Assembly (NCBI GenBank): GCA_002633005.1
Contig: NMRA01000026.1
Location: 428,434 to 492,433 of the forward strand
From: Phoronis australis
Lineage: Eukaryota > Animalia > Phoronida
Reading direction: 5' to 3'
Length of the DNA stretch: 64,000 nucleotides
A model generated the notes under the pieces. The model was not told the DNA's origin. It was given only the letters and a program-made list of their open reading frames with translations, and searched no databases. Position numbers and translations under genes: made by a program. Numbering within the stretch: position 1 is the stretch's first letter; each line of letters begins with the position of its first letter. Positions 1-11,359 of this stretch are shown in pieces.

Positions 1-420
1 TCACACGACACGATGTAAGCAGTTTGGGTGCTCAGGTCACCATCCAGTGGGAGTGTGTCGCGGGACACTCTGGCAAGTGGGACAGTTGTTCCTCTGTCCG
101 TGGTATGCCGGAGGTCCACTTAACCATGTCCAGTAGTGGCTTGGCCTTGTCGAACTCTGAACAGCACAAGCATTCCATTGAGGTAGGCATAGCAATGCAC
201 ACAATGCATTTGCACCAAGATGTGTCACCACGTCTGTCCTCAGTAGCCGCCTCGTTTCTCTCAACAGCTGCCTGTGCGTACTCTGCCTCGTTATACTCGG
301 GCTCAAAAATGTACCCACCCACTGAATGTCCGTGAAAAAATTCCTCGTCACCACTGCTGTGAAAAGGTCTCCGTCACTCACACTACTGTCACTGTGATAC
401 GGGTCACCGACTCCAGCCAT
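1..420 (-). pseudogene. Decayed KolX / P2X7 cytoplasmic 'ballast' (Zn-binding Cys) domain ORF
   Basis: Contains YIFEPEY...SWCKCIVCIAMPTSMECLCCSE, the YxFEP + WCxCxxCxxMPTxxECxCCxE signature. ATG at 420 needs a 1-nt frameshift near 360 to join it. An apparent 13-nt insertion near 22-34 interrupts ...VT/CLHRVV. Confidence 0.75.
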
Positions 421-754
421 TTTCAGCTTACAACACACTAAACAATCCCTAAATCCAACGTAGTTGAATTCTCTACTAACCTATCTTGCCGCAGAATACT
501 CGTCGATGGAAAGTGGTGGCGACAACTGTTGAAAAACAGCACAAAACAAAAGTAGAATAGAACAGATTCGCACGGTAAAGTCAACGCAAAACCAAGTTGC
601 GGGAAACGCTTGCCTCCTAAAACGTCACTTCCGGAGCAACAGACGAGTAATCTATAAAATTACGAAAAGCAGTAATTAAGTGGAAAATATGTCTAGGATA
701 ACCAACCAACCTTATTTTAGCTCAAAATGACATGGAAAAAGGTTGCCTTCGCCT
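1..754 (-). mobile_element. One end of a Kolobok-type DNA transposon (continues beyond window start), lying in an intron of the eEF2-like gene
   Basis: Terminus reads ttaa|AGGCGAAGGCAACC... on the minus strand (TTAA at 755-758, RR start), the Kolobok pattern. A KolX-like ORF starts ~330 bp inside and faces inward. Confidence 0.65.
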
Positions 755-759
755 TTAAG

Positions 760-1387
760 TACTAAAATGATTGACGGACAAGAACTAGTTGTTGAAAATT
801 AAAGTGGCCAAGAGGGTGGTTGAATGGAAACGAAAATTGTCTGCTGTCGGCACATCCATCCTGGCCGTATATCTTAGTGCCAAATTTCATCCAGTTGTGC
901 CTAGTGGTTTTGAGATAAACAGCCTGTCTTGTTGAAAAGTAAAATGGCCAACAGGGGTTGCTACAGTAGCCAAGAAGGCGTGGTTTGTGGGCGTGTATTA
1001 CAATTGTAACACCTCCTGGTGGTGATTTTTGTCTTTTCTGCTCCCTTGGCTGTATCTCCTTACTCCTTTGGAGGATCTTTGCGAAATTTTGCAAGAATTA
1101 GTTTTATATTAAAAATGTGACTACGGCTACCTCTTATGACTATTAGACGGTTCTGACTACCGCTGTACCCCCTAGTGGCAATTTTAGATTTTCCGTTTGC
1201 ATCCATATCTTCAGAGTTTTTATTGAAAAGTGGCAAACAAGTTTCTGTTAGAATGGCGATAGCATCTTGGGATGGATTCATGTATTCTGCGCCACCTAGT
1301 GTCCACTTTGGCACTAAGAAACACCTCTAAAAGCACACTGTCTAAAAGCACACTGTTTGCATTGTTGTCGTGGGTGCATTTCAACAC
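760..1387 (+). repeat. Helentron/HINE-like non-autonomous repeat, copy 1 (A-B-C ~140-bp subunits plus terminus)
   Basis: cctagtgg-type cores at ~1012, 1167 and 1289. Terminus aagcacactgtttgc...gtcgtgggtgcatttcaac is shared with 3940-4010, 4120-4180 and 8460-8600. Confidence 0.6.
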
Positions 1388-2914
1388 CAGGTATATATTT
1401 AGCCACTTGCCCAGTCGCCAATGCGAGTAAAAATGGTGCTGGACAAGTAGAAGTTGACTTGCCGGTCACCCAGGTGTCGAGCGAATTTTCAGAGCAGAAA
1501 AGCTCTATATCTTTTCTCAGATGAACATGAATAAATTTTCTCCTGCTGTTTTTATCATGAATTTAAGGTTCATTTTGATCAGCTGCTCGATGCTCTGGCA
1601 GTAAAAAACATCAGCGCAGTGCAATCCTACTGATTCAGTAGATGTCGCCCCTTAAATGATTTGTGTAGACAAAGGATCACATTGTGTGGTCATGCAAAAT
1701 GGAATTTGTGGACTTGTCAGAAATGAAGAAAGGGGGGGAAAGACGGAAGACCAGTCCACGTGCTCGCAGTAAATGAAATACCATATTTCTTGGAACTGAT
1801 TTCTTAGTGTAATGTACAATGTCTTAGCCAAAATTATTTTATAAATAATAACATTCGTCCTAATAAACCCATGCCCCTATAAGTGTCCCACACTCGTTTT
1901 CAGACTTCGCTGAAATAAGCGCCCAATCTATGATCGTGTACATATGCGTAAAATACCTTACCTACAGTTCTAAAATTCTATAGTAATCTCATAAATTTAT
2001 CAATAATATCCGACAGTCCTGAAAACTCATTGTGCGCGGAATTTCTAGACCACGAGCTTCGCCGCTATGTCGGTATTTAGCCGTGGCTGTACACTTCAAT
2101 CTTGACAGTGCTTCAAAAATAATGCATAAGTTTTGCTGATCTTGTGAGGAACGTGTCCCACTAGGGTCAGGCCTTTCAGAACAGACGCAGCGTACTTTCC
2201 CATACAGATCTTCTCCCTCAACAGGAATCCAGATTACTTTGTACACGTAAAAACCGCGAATGAGCACGTGGCCAAGAAGCGCACGGTAGGGCCTACATAT
2301 ATTTGGGCCTGCTACTGTGGCAAATGAACTCTGATGACACGCACGCGTTCGCTCACTCTGCACACACCTGCAGACTAACTTCAAAACAAATGTCACGTGA
2401 CAACAATGTGTGTTTGTCCAAATTGTTCTCGTGTTGTGGGGTGCGATCTAGCGCAGATTTGGACTTGATCTCAATCCCGACTCCAAAGGAACTCAAAATC
2501 TTAAGGACGCTATTTCAGAAAATTGAAGGAAGATTTCAAGTAATTTGTTGAGTCGAAACTATCTTTACTCAAGAATTCAAGTTGCCCTATTGACAATCGC
2601 GAGGCAGCGAAGTCTTGCTTTTTAGCGAGGTCCTAGTCTTACTGAACGGGAGGCGGGTTTCAACCGCCTTAGGCTACAACAGTCCCCCCCCTTCCGAAGT
2701 GAATTTCTCTAAGCGCCCCTTATTAGGGCGAATACAGTAGCCCTAATAGATGGTGACATCAACGCACGAAGCGATGATTTTTATTGACACTGTCAGCAAG
2801 TTTGTGGTAACAGACGCGAACGGCCGAGCGACTGAACTTTGGGCTGGGCGAGTAGATTTTGTGGCTCACTCACCCAGTTGGCGAGCAGTGTTTTGAAAAC
2901 TGGGCGTATCCCAG
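1388..2914. mobile_element. Non-autonomous TIR element with CAG-type ends and a 5-bp TSD (hAT5-like), inserted into the repeat terminus
   Basis: Starts caggtat and ends tatcccag. aacac is duplicated at 1383-1387 and 2915-2919. Subterminal (g)gcgagt/ctcgcc-like motifs occur at both ends. Confidence 0.5.
1851..2739 (-). mobile_element. Tc1/mariner-pogo-like TIR element carrying a frameshifted HIRAN-domain ORF
   Basis: TIRs attcgtcctaataa (1853-1866) and ttattagggcgaatacagta (2720-2739), with internal taagcgccc motifs. Minus-strand frames give IRGFYVYKVIWIPVEGEDL, VGHVPHKISKTYALFLKH and LKCTATAKYRHSGEARGLEIP. Confidence 0.6.
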
Positions 2915-3051
2915 AACACGCACATCAGATTTTCAAAACATGCAAACAATTACCTCAAATACACCCATGAGTATTTTTGAGTAAGCTTGTTTTCGGAAAT
3001 TCTCTGTTGTAGTTTTACCCATAGTTTATCACTCTGAGTTATTATTTGCAG

Positions 3052-3184
3052 GCCACTGTTACTGACCAGGGTGGTGTCATGAATGTCTTGAATAAGAAGC
3101 GTGGTGATTTCCAAGGGGCTGTTAAACAAGCAGACTCCCAGCTGTGCACGTATACGGCTTTCTTACCAGTTAGCGAATCCTTCG
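3052..3184 (+). CDS. EEF2: Elongation factor 2-like gene, penultimate exon (domain V)
   Basis: Acceptor ttgcag|GCC and donor TTCG|gtaagt; 133 nt (phase 0 to 1). Encodes ATVTDQGGVMNVLNKKRGDFQGAVKQADSQLCTYTAFLPVSESF-G, which aligns to eEF2 ...[12 protein letters not shown]...[10 protein letters not shown]. Confidence 0.9.
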
Positions 3185-3559
3185 GTAAGTTCCACTGATT
3201 CGTTTCCTTAAAGCGTAACTTCAACAGAATTTTGTTATTTTAGATGTACTGGGCTAACCAGATAGTCCTAGCAAAGCCTTGGTAAAATAAGAAGACGAGA
3301 GTTCAATCACGCCAATGTAAGCCCGTCAAATAGGCGTGAAGCTTCCTTTTCGTGCTCTGTTGCTTTTGGGAAGTAGCAATAAACCCATGTTGCCTCAAAG
3401 AAGCTAGCTTTTGGTTTAGACGCTTAACTGATATGGAAGTGATGTCAATTTGTTCCTTGGCTGCGATGACAGTCGGTTTCTTGTCGTGAAAAACTTAGTT
3501 AATATTGCTCAAGACCAAGCTCAGTGCTAGACTCCCAGCGACGAGCTAATTTTTAAAGC

Positions 3560-4180
3560 CTGGTTTTGAAAATTGGCTTATATGTTCTCAATGTGAAGGG
3601 GATTGTTGACAATGACAACTTTGACTACCGTGGTGCCTCCTAGTGGTAGTTTTGTTTTGCGCCCATATCTGTATCTCCTAAACCCACTGCAGGATCTTTA
3701 TTAAATTGATTAGTAAATGTATTTATATGAAGCTAACACAGACAATGACGACTTTCAGGCAGATCTAATGAACAGTGCCCATAGTGGCAAATTCGTTTTA
3801 TTCTGTTTTCCTTTGTTTCTCTGACGGATTTGTGTGAAATTTGGTGTGTAGCTTTCTATTAAAGAAGCAATTACATGTTCCCATTTTCGGATGGATTTTA
3901 CGTTTTCGTACCATCTAGTGGCCATTTTTATGACACAAATAAACAACCCTAAGAGGACACCATTTGCGATGCATTCGTGTGCGCATTTCAACGCTCCGCA
4001 TTGCTCTTGTCATAAAATTTTAATAAAAGTTTTGAAAGAGACGATACCTTACCATTTTCGGTTGGGTTCAATGTATTCTGTGTCATATGGCCACTTTTAT
4101 GATACTAATAAACACCCTTAGAAGCACACCGTTTGCGGTGCAGTCATGGGTGCATTTCAACGCTCTCCGTTGCTCTTGTT
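3560..4180 (+). repeat. Helentron/HINE-like repeat, copy 2, in the last intron of the eEF2-like gene
   Basis: Cores gcctcctagtgg (~3635), gcccatagtgg (~3777) and ccatctagtgg (~3912). The terminus ...catttcaacgctc..g(c/t)ttgctcttgt occurs twice. Confidence 0.65.
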
Positions 4181-4274
4181 GTGATGGCAGGCAGGTGTAT
4201 GGCTGCTTGACGTTTGCAACTTCGGTTACTAGCCGAAAACGATTTCAGCTTTAGTAACGAGTGTTCCTTTACAG

Positions 4275-4468
4275 GCTTTACATCAAAACTGCGCGAGGCA
4301 ACAGGTGGACGAGGATTCCCACAGTGTGTCTTTGACCACTGGAAAACAGTGCCTGGAGATCCTCGCGACCCCACTACCCTATGCGGCGAAGTCGTGCTAA
4401 AAACCAGAAAACGCAAAGGTCTGAAGCCGGAGGTGCCGCCCATTGAAAACTATTTGGACAAGTTGTAA
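4275..4468 (+). CDS. EEF2: Elongation factor 2-like gene, last coding exon
   Basis: Acceptor tttacag|GC completes the Gly codon from the previous exon. Encodes [29 protein letters not shown]...[21 protein letters not shown], the typical eEF2 C-terminus ([20 protein letters not shown]). Confidence 0.95.
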
Positions 4469-4963
4469 ACAAGCTGGTCCCTCATCACTGAATGATTTTA
4501 AATGTCAAGTCGCCACTGGTTTGAATACTAGGGACTTATAACAGAGTTATGTGTGCGTATACATGCACTGAAGGAAAGTTTAGTTGTGACTAAACGAAAT
4601 GCAGCGCAAAAAAGGCGCTGTCGGTACCACAAAAGTCGTGCTATGTTAATTTATTTTTGTCAAGTAAAAAAAGCTTTCAATTCAAGTATCGAGAAGGGAA
4701 ATGTTTATCAGATCTGTGATGGTGGTTGGGGCTGACTGGTCAGAAGCTTGGTGTAATCCTAAATATATGTTACTTAATGGCTGGCATCAGTACAAATACA
4801 TGCAATCTGGCAAACCACAAGATCGATTACCTTTCATTTTTGCATTAAGTCTGTTTTCTGTGTGTAGAACCAGTTGTCTTATATTGATTTGACTGGTGTC
4901 ACTAAAGTTCATTCAACTGACAGTGTTATGAGTTGTATGAAAGGCGATTTACAAACATGTATA

Positions 4964-4969
4964 AATAAA
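4964..4969 (+). terminator. Candidate polyadenylation signal of the eEF2-like gene
   Basis: AATAAA ~500 nt after the stop codon, followed by T/GT-rich sequence. Confidence 0.35.
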
Positions 4970-5599
4970 TCATGTGATGGACATTTTATAGTACTTTTAT
5001 TATTATCCCATATATGTACGTGTGGTTGCATAATGACTCGATTCTGTTGGGTTTCCCTGATTATATTGTCTAAACCACTTGAAAGATGTGAAGTTGTCCT
5101 GCTGTATTCCTATGAATATGGCAATAGATGACTAGTGTTGGAAGGGTTTGACCATAGGCTATAATACATTGACCGCTCACTCCATATACTTTCAGTGGAC
5201 GCAGTCTGTGGTCTTTCACACAAGCCGTTCGGTCCAAAGGCATCTGAGTATTAAGATGTCTATGGTTCCGTCATGCGCTAGCGACACCTGGCCAAATTGT
5301 CTGGTGTTATTTTCGACAAGAACTTCGTCTGTTAATTCTGGTCGGGTGGCAGTAGCACTGCGAAAAGTACTCGTAATACCAACAGTTCTATCATTGGAAG
5401 ACTTTGAACATCGTTTCAATGCTCAATTTTTTTCCCTTGTACTGGGCAGTAAAATAGATGCGAGAATTTCCCGTAACAATACACTAACCGGAAACTGCAC
5501 CAGATAATTTAGGAAAGTGGCGCCTCTAGAATAGCACGGAAGACAATGTCGGAGTTGCGAATCTGTCGTCAATAATTTGTGGTTCGACTACCCCTGTGT

Positions 5600-8500
5600 C
5601 CTTGTGTGGCAGTTAGTTATTTTTACATGTCTATCCTTCAGAGTTCCTCTATGGATTTTCATGAAATTTGGCATGTCGGAATCTGTTGAGACAGCGCTGT
5701 CACCTTTTCGTTGGGGATGTATTTGATATATTCTAAAGTGCAGGGATGATTTCAACTTTCAGGTGGCACTGACTACTGTGGTGCCCCCTAGTGACGTTTT
5801 TACATGGGGTCCTATCTCCTAGCATATATGGCAAGTGAATTCTTACAACTGTGGCAATGTAGGTAACTAACTAGGGTTATTATTGTTTTATAACCTGATG
5901 ATGTCTAATGAATAGACGAAACATCGAATCGGTATGAACTTTTTTATTTGTGCAGCGATTGTCCGCGTTTTGATCCTACTGTGGACAAAAACTCTCTAAA
6001 GAGGAATGTGAAAATTAGCGTACCGGTAATGTGTTCCTACTGTGAAGAGGACGACCGAGGATGATTTTTTTTTTTTTTTTTTTTTTTTTGACAAGTGTGG
6101 TACCTCTTAGTGGTAGTTTATTTCGTCTGTGGCTGTGGCTGCGGCATATGTCCCAAACCCTCTGCAGGATCTATTAAATTTGGCAAGTGTGTTTATAATA
6201 CATGAACTAGACAACGGACAAAAACGATCCGACTAAGGCTGTACCCAGTAGTCGCAATTTTTTCCGTTGTGTATATTTGAAACTCCTTGGCAGATTCTTA
6301 TGAAATTTAATAACTAGGTTTCTATTAAAGAGTCAACAGGTTCCCGTTTTCATATAGATTCGACGTATAGCGACTGTTTTTATGAAATTTAGCAAATACG
6401 TTTCTATTAAGGAGACGACGCCTTCTCATTTTTGGGCGGATTTGATGTATTCTGCGCCACTCGGTGGCCATTTATGATTCTTAGTACGTTTTTGACATCT
6501 TCTCTATCTACCGAACCATTGAAGGATCATTGCCTTTTGAGATGTGTTCCTAATGAGAAGACCGAGGCTGACGTTGATTTTCGGACGTGATCATCTACTC
6601 TGGCATCCGCTAGTGGTAATTTACTTTTTGTGTCCTCGGCTGTATCTTCTTTACCTTTTGCTAGATGTTTCAGATATGTTCCTATGGAGATGGCAACCGA
6701 TGACTGCCAGTTTCGGACCAATCCAACTACAACTGCGCTCCCTAGTGGCGATTTTTTTACGTTTGCATCTGTAACTTTGGAGTTCCTTGATACTTTTTCG
6801 TGAAATTGGACAAGTTTCTATTATGAAGACGACAGCATCTTTCATTTTTGTGGTGCATTCGACGTATTCTTCACCAGCTAGTGGCCATTTCATTTTTTTT
6901 AGTTTGCTTTTGTATCTGCCAAACCGAGCAGAGGATCATTATGAAAATTGGCAGATGTGTTCTTACTGACAAGAGCATGACTGACGTTGATTTTTAAACG
7001 GCTCCAACTACTGTGGTCCCCTCCGGTGTCATTTTTTCGCATCTACGACTGCATCTCCTAAACCCCTTGCAACATGTTTTTGAAATGTTGAAATTGTATT
7101 CCTATAGTAATTTGACAGCTGATGGATGGATTCGACTGCTGCTGTGGTTCCTAGTGGCAGTTTTTTTTTTACGTTTGCCTTTGTATCTTTGAGTTCTTTG
7201 GCGAATTTTCATTAAATTTGGCAAATAATTTTGAGAGACAACACCTTCCCATTTTTGGATGGGTTCAATGTATAAACCACCTAATGGTCATTTTTATGCG
7301 CCCACATATTTATATGTGGACGCATTATGCCGTCATCTGCTCTATCTCCAAAACCGATTGAGGTATGTTCATGAAATTTTGCACGTGTTCCTTCCACAGA
7401 TGGGACGGCATGAGCGAACTTTTGGACGGATCCGACTACCGGTGTGCCCCCTAGTGGCAACTTTATTTTTTACGTTTACCTCTCTATCTTCAAAAGTCCG
7501 AAATTTAATATGTAGGCACCTATTAGTGAGATCGGATGACGCTATCCTCTCGTTTTCGGGTGGATTCTACGTAGTTTGCCCCACCTAGTGGCCATTTTTA
7601 CTGTTTTCGAGTCTGTTTTTTGCGTCCACCCCTCTATCAACCAAACCACTCAAAGGATGACTGTGAAAATTGGCAGTGTGTGCTTACTATAAAGAGGATG
7701 GTTGACGATGGTTTTCCAAGGATTTCAACTACTGTGGCGCCTCCTAGTGGCAGTTTTTTGTTTTTGTTTTTTTTTGCGCCTATGGCTGTATCTCCTAAAC
7801 CGTTCGCAGGATCTTTACTTGATTTAGTGTATTTATATGATGTTGACTACGGGTGACGACGACTTTCGGACAGATCTGACTACTGCTGTGCCCCCTAGTA
7901 GCAATTTTAGATTTTTACGTTTAACTCGATCTTCAAAGGTTCTCAACAGATTTTCATAAAATTTTAAATATAGGCATCTATTGGTGTGATGACGCTATCT
8001 TCCTGTTTTTGGATGGAATCGAGGTATTTTGCACCACCTAGGGGCCATTTTTGCTGTTTTCAAATCTTGTTTTTGGCGTCCACCCCTGTATCAACCCAAA
8101 TCATTTGAAAATTGACATATATGTTCTCAGTGTGAAGACGACCTTTGATGGCTACTGTGGTGCCTCTTGGTGGTAGTTTTGTTTTGCGCCCATGGTTGTA
8201 TCTCCTAAACCCACTGTAGGATCTTTACTATATTTAGTAAGTGTATTTATATGAAGATAACAGACGACGATGACTTTCAGGCGGATCCAAAGGACACTGT
8301 GCCCACTAGTGGCAATTTCATTTTATTCTGTTTTCCTTCGTTTCTCTAAAGTTCCTTAACAGATTTTTATGAAATATGACATGTTCCTGTTTTTGGATGG
8401 AGTGTACGTATGTTTTTGCGCCATCTAGTGTCCATTTTTATGATACAAATAAATAACCCTAAAAGCACATCATTTGCAATGTATTCGTGGGCACATTTCA

Positions 8501-9060
8501 ACGCTCCGCGTTGCTCTTGTTATTTTGCAAATTGACACCCCTAGAAGCACACCGTTTGCGGTGCAGTCGTGGGCGCACTTCAACATTTTGCGTGGCTCTT
8601 GTTTGCCTTTGTTGAATACTTACGAAATCCCTTGATGGATTTTCGTGAAATGTGTGCATTTCTCTTGAGAGGACATAAGTGAATTTTGACACTACTGTAG
8701 AGTTCCTGGTGGAAATTTTGATTTTCATTCTGTCGACCTCGTATCGACCAAGGTCCTTGAATGTTCCTGAAGTGTATCAAATAAGTTACTGTCACGGAGA
8801 CAAATGCACCTACCCAGACGGATTTGACCTACGTTGTGCCCCGGCCCTAGTACCCTACCAAACTGCTGGAAGAATCTTGATGAGAGGTGGCAGGTATGTC
8901 TCTATTGAGAAGAGTATTGGTGACTTGTTTTGGCACCCCCTGCAGGCTATTTATATTTATTAGCTTTACATCCCATAATTTTCCTTTTAGTATCATGATA
9001 ACTTGTATCTGTGAGGTGAGCTGGTCTACGCTCCACGTTGCTCTTATTGTATTCGTTCTG
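5600..9060 (+). repeat. Tandem higher-order array of ~135-150-bp subunits (A-B-C, ~420 bp) of the same HINE-like family
   Basis: About 19 regularly spaced cctagtgg-type cores from 5782 to 8430, with recurring atgaaatttgg and tatctcctaaacc blocks. Terminus with hairpin caacgc-tcc-gcgttg followed by ctcttgtt at ~8499-8521. Confidence 0.75.
5884..5940 (+). ncRNA. Minimal (Penelope-type) hammerhead ribozyme-like motif, probably decayed
   Basis: CTGATGA-t-GTCTA-atgaa-TAGAC-GAAAC: both catalytic core boxes flank a clean stem II. Stems I and III are imperfect. Confidence 0.45.
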
Positions 9061-9924
9061 GGTAGAAATGGCCCAAACCTAACACTATAAAGACTTCAAT
9101 TTCAGAAGCCAAACAGTTCTAAAATTAAAAGTAGTCTCAGTCGACGATATGTCAATTGATTTCAGTTGTCATTGTATTATTGCGACCGTGAAGTCATCGC
9201 TAATGCGGTAATTGTTTTCCTGCAAACAAAAGGACCTTCGTTCCTGATAAACAAGCAATGGTCCTTGTACAAATCTGTTGATAAGGTACAAGGTGCCGGA
9301 AAACCTGTCGGGTTCCTGTCGGGCTGGAAGACCTAACAGACTATTTACTAGACTGGTCCCTAATTGCGTAGATTAAAGCTTTATCAAGTCTCGTGAACTC
9401 TTGTAGTGCCCGCAGCTCCCAACAACTTGAGCAATCGTGAAATGTTGGTGTCCATCATGACATCCTTCTGGCTGGCAGATTAATTACGGACTTGCCAAAA
9501 TGAAACAAATGACTGGGCTTAAGCGGAGCGCCACTTGGTGAATTGGTGAAATCTACTGAAGAATTGAGTTTAACTACGGAGGCAGTGACACCATAGACGA
9601 TAACGACCATGACAGCAACGACGATGCAGCAGACGACCTAAGACATCACCACCGCCAATGTCAACAACACGAGCAATGCCGTCAGCTACACCAACAGTTG
9701 TACCGCCGAAGTGACGATGTCGTCTCCAACAAGGCCGAGAACGTAGATCACAGGCGATCTCAAAGTCACAAATATGAACGTCATGGACACGAAACCATCG
9801 ACAAAATGTTGACGTCTATCGTAACACAAAAACGCCTAGGAGGGCAATAAAATCGCTGTCACCGTTATCATCACTGAAACCGTGATGACGAAATTAATAA
9901 TGAAACAAAGGCTTGTACAAGGGG

Positions 9925-10180
9925 GGTCAATCGACAAGAAAACGAGGACTATTAGACTAATATATGGCCGGTCAATAAGAGAACGGCCGTCGGAAAATCT
10001 CAAATAACTCAAAAAACGGTCAGTCGTAGTGAAAAACTGAAACTTTGCTTGTAGGCTTTTACAGCTGGTGTCAATCGACAAGGAAGCAAGGAATGACCAG
10101 TCTATAAAAGAACAGCTGTAGGATAATCTCAACTAACTGCCAGTCGTAGTAAGAGAACTGGCAACTTGGTTGTGTAGCGC
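9925..10180 (+). repeat. Two diverged tandem ~130-140-bp units
   Basis: gtcaatcgacaag...aatctcaa.taact...cagtcgtagt is repeated at ~9926 and ~10070. Confidence 0.55.
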
Positions 10181-11359
10181 TTGGCGTGATTTATCCACGT
10201 ATCAAGTTTCATTAGGACACGCGCCATACAGCTCTGTAAAGATAAATTCTGAAAAAATTACCGTTACAGCGTCGCGTACACACCTTGCGTCCTATTCATG
10301 TAAAATGCAACTATCCTAGAGATAATGTAGTCATTATATAGTGTGCAAATTTTAAGGCAACCAAACGAAGAATATGGCGTGTTGTGCCAGCGATGGCAGG
10401 GTCTATAACCCATGTTGTACGACCTTAAAGCCTGCGAACGTAGGCTTCCCTCGTCGGTTCTCATAGCTTAGTAAGTAAATCACCGACGAATATCTGGAGA
10501 AATGTACCGGTAAGTTGTAGCGCGAAATAGACGGCACATTCCAGGTTATCCTTGACAAAATCTATCTGCATACCGAATTTCAGAAGAATCCTTTGAGAAC
10601 CCAGAGCAAAGCGAAAAAATCGTAGACCATGTCAAAGCGCCGTCTAGTGTTCGATTTCGCCTTAATACAAAGGCCTCACACTTTGAGTTTCTAACTGTGT
10701 GTAGATTTTATTTTGATCGGTCGTGAATCCCGAGACGTATGCACTGAGCCGTGTCGTGGGACCTAAGTCAACAGTAAATACACGTTGTGTCAATTCGATG
10801 TCGATCGTACAAAAAATGTGACCTGTAGCGTGTGACAGAAAAACTACACAAAAACAAAAACTTCACGACAAAGCAACATTTAGGGGGCCAGCCCTTGGAG
10901 GGGACCCGTTGACGGTATCCATGCAGTCACCCTTTGTGTTAACGTCTTAAGAGGCCTTTCACAGGTACAGGGCCCAATGATAGAATCCTGTTTTTGTGAA
11001 ATCGTATAACAATTTATGTTAAGGAATCCACTTCTTGGAGGATCACACGATGATGGAATTTAATTTTAAGTGTCACTCTTTTCAATTTTTTAATGTTTAC
11101 ACTTTCATATCAAGGGCCCTCCTTTGGAGGAGGGTTTTCTGTCGGAGGGGCGACCCTTAGCTACTCTATAAATCCGGTACTGTCAACAATTTACAAGGGG
11201 AACAAGATAAGTTTCCAAATTTATCAAAAAAGCAAATTCCTGAAAAGCACGTAAGTATCAAGACATTAAGCCCAAAGAACAAAAAATTATTGTTTTGAAA
11301 ATATAATAGGATAGACAGCCATCGAAAGGATGGAAGAACATATAGCTGGCAATTTGTGA

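Noticed and set aside
32-322. Host P2X7 purinoceptor gene
   Set aside because: Only the Cys-rich ballast-like domain is present, it is frameshifted, and it lies inside a Kolobok-like terminus; no P2X channel exons.
4214-4274. N-terminal part of the listed 84-aa ORF
   Set aside because: Intronic read-through upstream of the acceptor at 4274; eEF2 similarity starts at 4275.
5600-9060. Regularly spaced conserved cores suggesting a CRISPR-like array
   Set aside because: The 'spacers' are homologous to one another, the period is ~140 bp, the context is eukaryotic and there are no cas genes. It is a diverged tandem repeat.
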